Below the pieces are notes generated by a model. The model was not told the origin of the DNA. It worked only from the letters and a program-made list of their open reading frames with translations, and did not search any database. The translations under genes were made by a program, and so were the position numbers. A stretch of DNA of 64,000 bases from Fimicolochytrium jonesii (taxonomy: Eukaryota), in the NCBI RefSeq assembly GCF_025526975.1, contig NW_026515674.1, positions 310,001 to 374,000 on the forward strand, given 5' to 3'. Shown here piece by piece: positions 61,081-64,000 of the stretch (positions are counted from its first letter, which is position 1; each line of letters opens with the position of its first letter).

Positions 61081-62712
61081 ATGGCCGCCTCCCAAGAAAA
61101 CGAAGCGCTCCTCTCAACGGACACGGCAGAACCCGCATCAGACATCCCTTCATCACCCAGAACAGCGTCCTCTCGTAGATCACACCCCAAGCATACGTTA
61201 CCATCGCATGTCTCCCGCCGCGTTCTCGTAATCTCCATCCTCCTTACGGCTGTCCTTACCACCTTGACTTGTATCACAACCCTCTCCCAGTCGCCAACTA
61301 TCGCTAGGTGGATCAGCCTCCCAGAACCGCTTACGGATCCTGCCAAGCAAGAGCCGGATCATGCATTCCGAAATGGGAATTGGACGCCGGTGGATGTGGG
61401 ACCGCGGTTACAGTATCAGAAGGTGTACAAAACATGCCCATTGCTGGATCAGCAGGATCGATGTGACGACGAGCAGTACGAAAGATTGCTTGGTTGGAAA
61501 TGGAGTGGAGGGGATGATACGAGTCTGGCAACGCTGGAAGAAACCTCGTACATAGAAGAGGACGAGCAGGCGGCGTCAACTGAGCCAACCACTGACGCCA
61601 CCGAGGATCAGACAAAGACTTTGGAAGAAGCCGACTCCAAAAACGAAGAAGAGAAACATAAGCGAACGAATCGCGTTGAACGGAGGAGTAGACGCCAGCT
61701 TCGGTTCGAGCGGCGAGACTCTCCGGTCTCCATCCCACCCACAGCGCCCAAAACACGGCGACTGGACCCACTGCATGTGCTGGAGAAGTGCCTGACAAAC
61801 AAAACACTTGGCATCTCTGGCGACTCCCTCTCACGCCAGTTCTTCCACGCCCTAGCATGCACTTTTCATGGGCACGGAGCGAAATTGACGATCACCCATG
61901 TGCCGGACACCAAGTATCTCGTGCAGATCAATGTTGAGCATCCCAAGGCGAAGAAGAATCACGCGAGAAGTGGGAAGCCGCTGAGAATACTCTGGACGGG
62001 GAACCAGCTGAACCCATACTTGATGGCGTATACGGCCAGCAGACCGCGCCCGGTTATTAGCACCACCGAACTGCATCCAAGCTTGATGGAGCTTGTGAAC
62101 CATGTGAAGAAGGATGCAAAGGATGGGAACGCCGAATTGGACCACCTGGTGCTAAACACCGGTTTATGGCTGGACCCATCGTCATTCCAATCCGACTCGA
62201 AAGACTTCATCCAGACCTACGCAGATACCATCACCAGCGCCATACATTCGCTGAACGAGGCGTTCTCGTTCAAGCAGAACGACGGGGCTGCAAGCGCGGG
62301 GTCAACAAGTTCATGCACGACGAAAATATGGCTTCGCACCTCGCCTTTCCGGCATTACCGCCACGGCGACTACAACACTAACGGCCGCTGCGAAGCCAAA
62401 CGACCCCAGTTCCCATCATCACCGCTGACATACTACTACGGCGCTTACGCCGAGACAATGCAGAATGAAATCCTCAAGGATGTTCTCAAGGCGAAGACGC
62501 GGATCAGTGACATTCAAGCGAAGAGCAGCAACTACGCAAGTCCAGTATTCGACTTGTTGGATATCACAGAGATCTCGAAAGCGAGGGAGGATGCACATCG
62601 CAGTACAAAGGATTGCTCGCACTATTGCCTGCCTGGAGTGGTGGATGTGTGGGTAGACGTATGGCTCAGGAGGATTTGGGATGAGTGTGTCGGCAATGAC
62701 CGGGACCATTGA
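61081..62712 (+). CDS. PC-esterase / trichome-birefringence-like (TBL/PMR5) O-acyltransferase, type II membrane
   Basis: Intronless; TM VLVISILLTAVLTTLTCI; GNW...Y..CP...C...GWKW; GDSLSRQFF; VLNTGLW; RTSPFRHY.HGDYNTNGRC; LLDITEISKAREDAH; DCSHYCLPGVVDVW (DxxH). Confidence 0.9.
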   Translation: MAASQENEALLSTDTAEPASDIPSSPRTASSRRSHPKHTLPSHVSRRVLVISILLTAVLTTLTCITTLSQSPTIARWISLPEPLTDPAKQEPDHAFRNGNWTPVDVGPRLQYQKVYKTCPLLDQQDRCDDEQYERLLGWKWSGGDDTSLATLEETSYIEEDEQAASTEPTTDATEDQTKTLEEADSKNEEEKHKRTNRVERRSRRQLRFERRDSPVSIPPTAPKTRRLDPLHVLEKCLTNKTLGISGDSLSRQFFHALACTFHGHGAKLTITHVPDTKYLVQINVEHPKAKKNHARSGKPLRILWTGNQLNPYLMAYTASRPRPVISTTELHPSLMELVNHVKKDAKDGNAELDHLVLNTGLWLDPSSFQSDSKDFIQTYADTITSAIHSLNEAFSFKQNDGAASAGSTSSCTTKIWLRTSPFRHYRHGDYNTNGRCEAKRPQFPSSPLTYYYGAYAETMQNEILKDVLKAKTRISDIQAKSSNYASPVFDLLDITEISKAREDAHRSTKDCSHYCLPGVVDVWVDVWLRRIWDECVGNDRDH

Positions 62713-62860
62713 CACGATGTGGCAACTGCAGGAGTCTCCTGCTGTATGTAGACCGAATTTTCGCTGAGTGACGTTGAAAACAGTCCATAGGTATATTTAA
62801 ATGTGTATCAGATATATGTAATGATAATGTCCTAATCTCTCAGCGCCCCATTAAAGTCTA

Positions 62861-63799
62861 CTAGATCTTCTTCGCAATCGCCTCAGCAACGCGAGCGTGG
62901 GTGGCAGTCGTGAAGTGGTACTCATCCCAGTAGAGGTAATCGGCCGGATTCTTGCAAGCAACCAGTGTCGTGGTGTTCAAACACTGGGCTTTGCGCTCCG
63001 CTGCGTGCACAGTAGGCAGGAAAGCATGCGCATCAAACAGCTTGATGCTCAACGAGCGTCTCTGCCGCGAGAGCCTCAGATACTCCTTTTTCAAGGCCGC
63101 GTTGTATTCCGTGGTGAATTTGGCGAAGACCGGCGCATAACCCTTGGTCGCTTCCGTTTGGAAGAACGGGAGGAGGTCCAATTGGGGCAACGTGTTCACA
63201 AGGAACCTCCGCCCGCCTGCGTTGTAGATGTTTTCGATCGAGGCAACGATGTTGGACACGACTTGGGTAGCGGTGATGTTCAGACCGCCAAATGTGGCGA
63301 AGAAGATATCGTTCGCCCCGGCCCAGAAGATATGTGTCGCTTTCAGCTTGTGTTCCCTGACTTCCGCCGTGAGTTCATTAGAACCGTCCGCGGCCTGTGT
63401 CCCAGCGTTCAACCAGTCCACATATTGTGCAACCTGCTGGTTGACGCTGGGAACCAGCACTGTCGAGTCGGGACCAGTGTAGCCTTTTACCGTGTTGTTG
63501 TCACTGGTAGCACCACCATACGCATATGACTTTGCGGTCGTGTGGAGTCGGCTGGCGAGAGAGTCTACCCAGATAGGGCCGTTGGAAAAGCGGCCCTGGT
63601 AGTAGGCTTGAGGACGGGGCCAGGTGCCACTTGTGAGCTTGAAGGCATTGCCCGTGTCCGACCAGCTGTCACCGAAGACGACCAAAGCGGTTGCGCCTGA
63701 TCTAGCCCCATCGATTGGACTCTCGCCAATCGGGGCCGCCTTGGCTGCCAGGAATAGGTTAGCCGCTGCGAGGGAAACGGCGAAAAGATAGTTCCTCAT
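62861..63799 (-). CDS. Secreted GDSL/SGNH hydrolase (CE16-like acetylesterase/lipase)
   Basis: Signal peptide from ATG 63799; VVFGDSWSDTGN, GRFSNGPIWVD, YAYGGAT, WAGAND, YLYWDEYHFT. Confidence 0.93.
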   Translation of the reverse strand: MRNYLFAVSLAAANLFLAAKAAPIGESPIDGARSGATALVVFGDSWSDTGNAFKLTSGTWPRPQAYYQGRFSNGPIWVDSLASRLHTTAKSYAYGGATSDNNTVKGYTGPDSTVLVPSVNQQVAQYVDWLNAGTQAADGSNELTAEVREHKLKATHIFWAGANDIFFATFGGLNITATQVVSNIVASIENIYNAGGRRFLVNTLPQLDLLPFFQTEATKGYAPVFAKFTTEYNAALKKEYLRLSRQRRSLSIKLFDAHAFLPTVHAAERKAQCLNTTTLVACKNPADYLYWDEYHFTTATHARVAEAIAKKI

Positions 63800-64000
63800 T
63801 CTCGCAATTCTGTCGGACTGGTTGAGAGTCGATCTCGAGATGGAACGCGTCGGGTGTTTTTTGGACGGTGACATTTCGGAAGTGCTGGCGGACGACAAAC
63901 GGAATACAGCAAAGGCAAGAGATTGCGTTCTCCTGCTGTATTGCTATTTATGCACCTGTCCTGGTGTCTGTCGACGAAGGCGATGTGACAGCGTGAGGCA

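Overview
Eukaryotic, intron-containing genomic DNA from a flagellated (zoosporic) fungus, most likely a chytrid. This is inferred from a velvet regulator plus a radial-spoke RSPH1-type MORN gene and short GT-AG introns with CTRAY-like branch points. The ORF track ignores splicing, so genes were reassembled by hand; exon limits are manual and could be off locally. About 21 protein-coding loci were found. Housekeeping: PIF1 helicase, RPL25, VPS51, MED11, COG7, an FAH-family hydrolase, a Frag1/Sfk1 membrane protein, a GT8, a bZIP factor and an aspartic protease. Most unusual: (1) a secreted precursor with seven 22-aa six-cysteine cores and KK/LEAR processing-like sites; (2) an F-box/LRR protein with four tandem cyclic-nucleotide-binding domains, all with the cGMP-type R-T signature, head-to-head with the flagellar gene; (3) a membrane-anchored SMP + START-like + 2x GOLD-like lipid-transfer protein; (4) a plant-TBL-like O-acyltransferase tail-to-tail with a secreted GDSL esterase; (5) a bacterial-type MscS channel with spliceosomal introns; (6) a nested stem-loop element in the long RPL25 intron. 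No rRNA, tRNA, CRISPR array or intact mobile element was recognised. All family calls come from motif recognition by eye; no database search was run.
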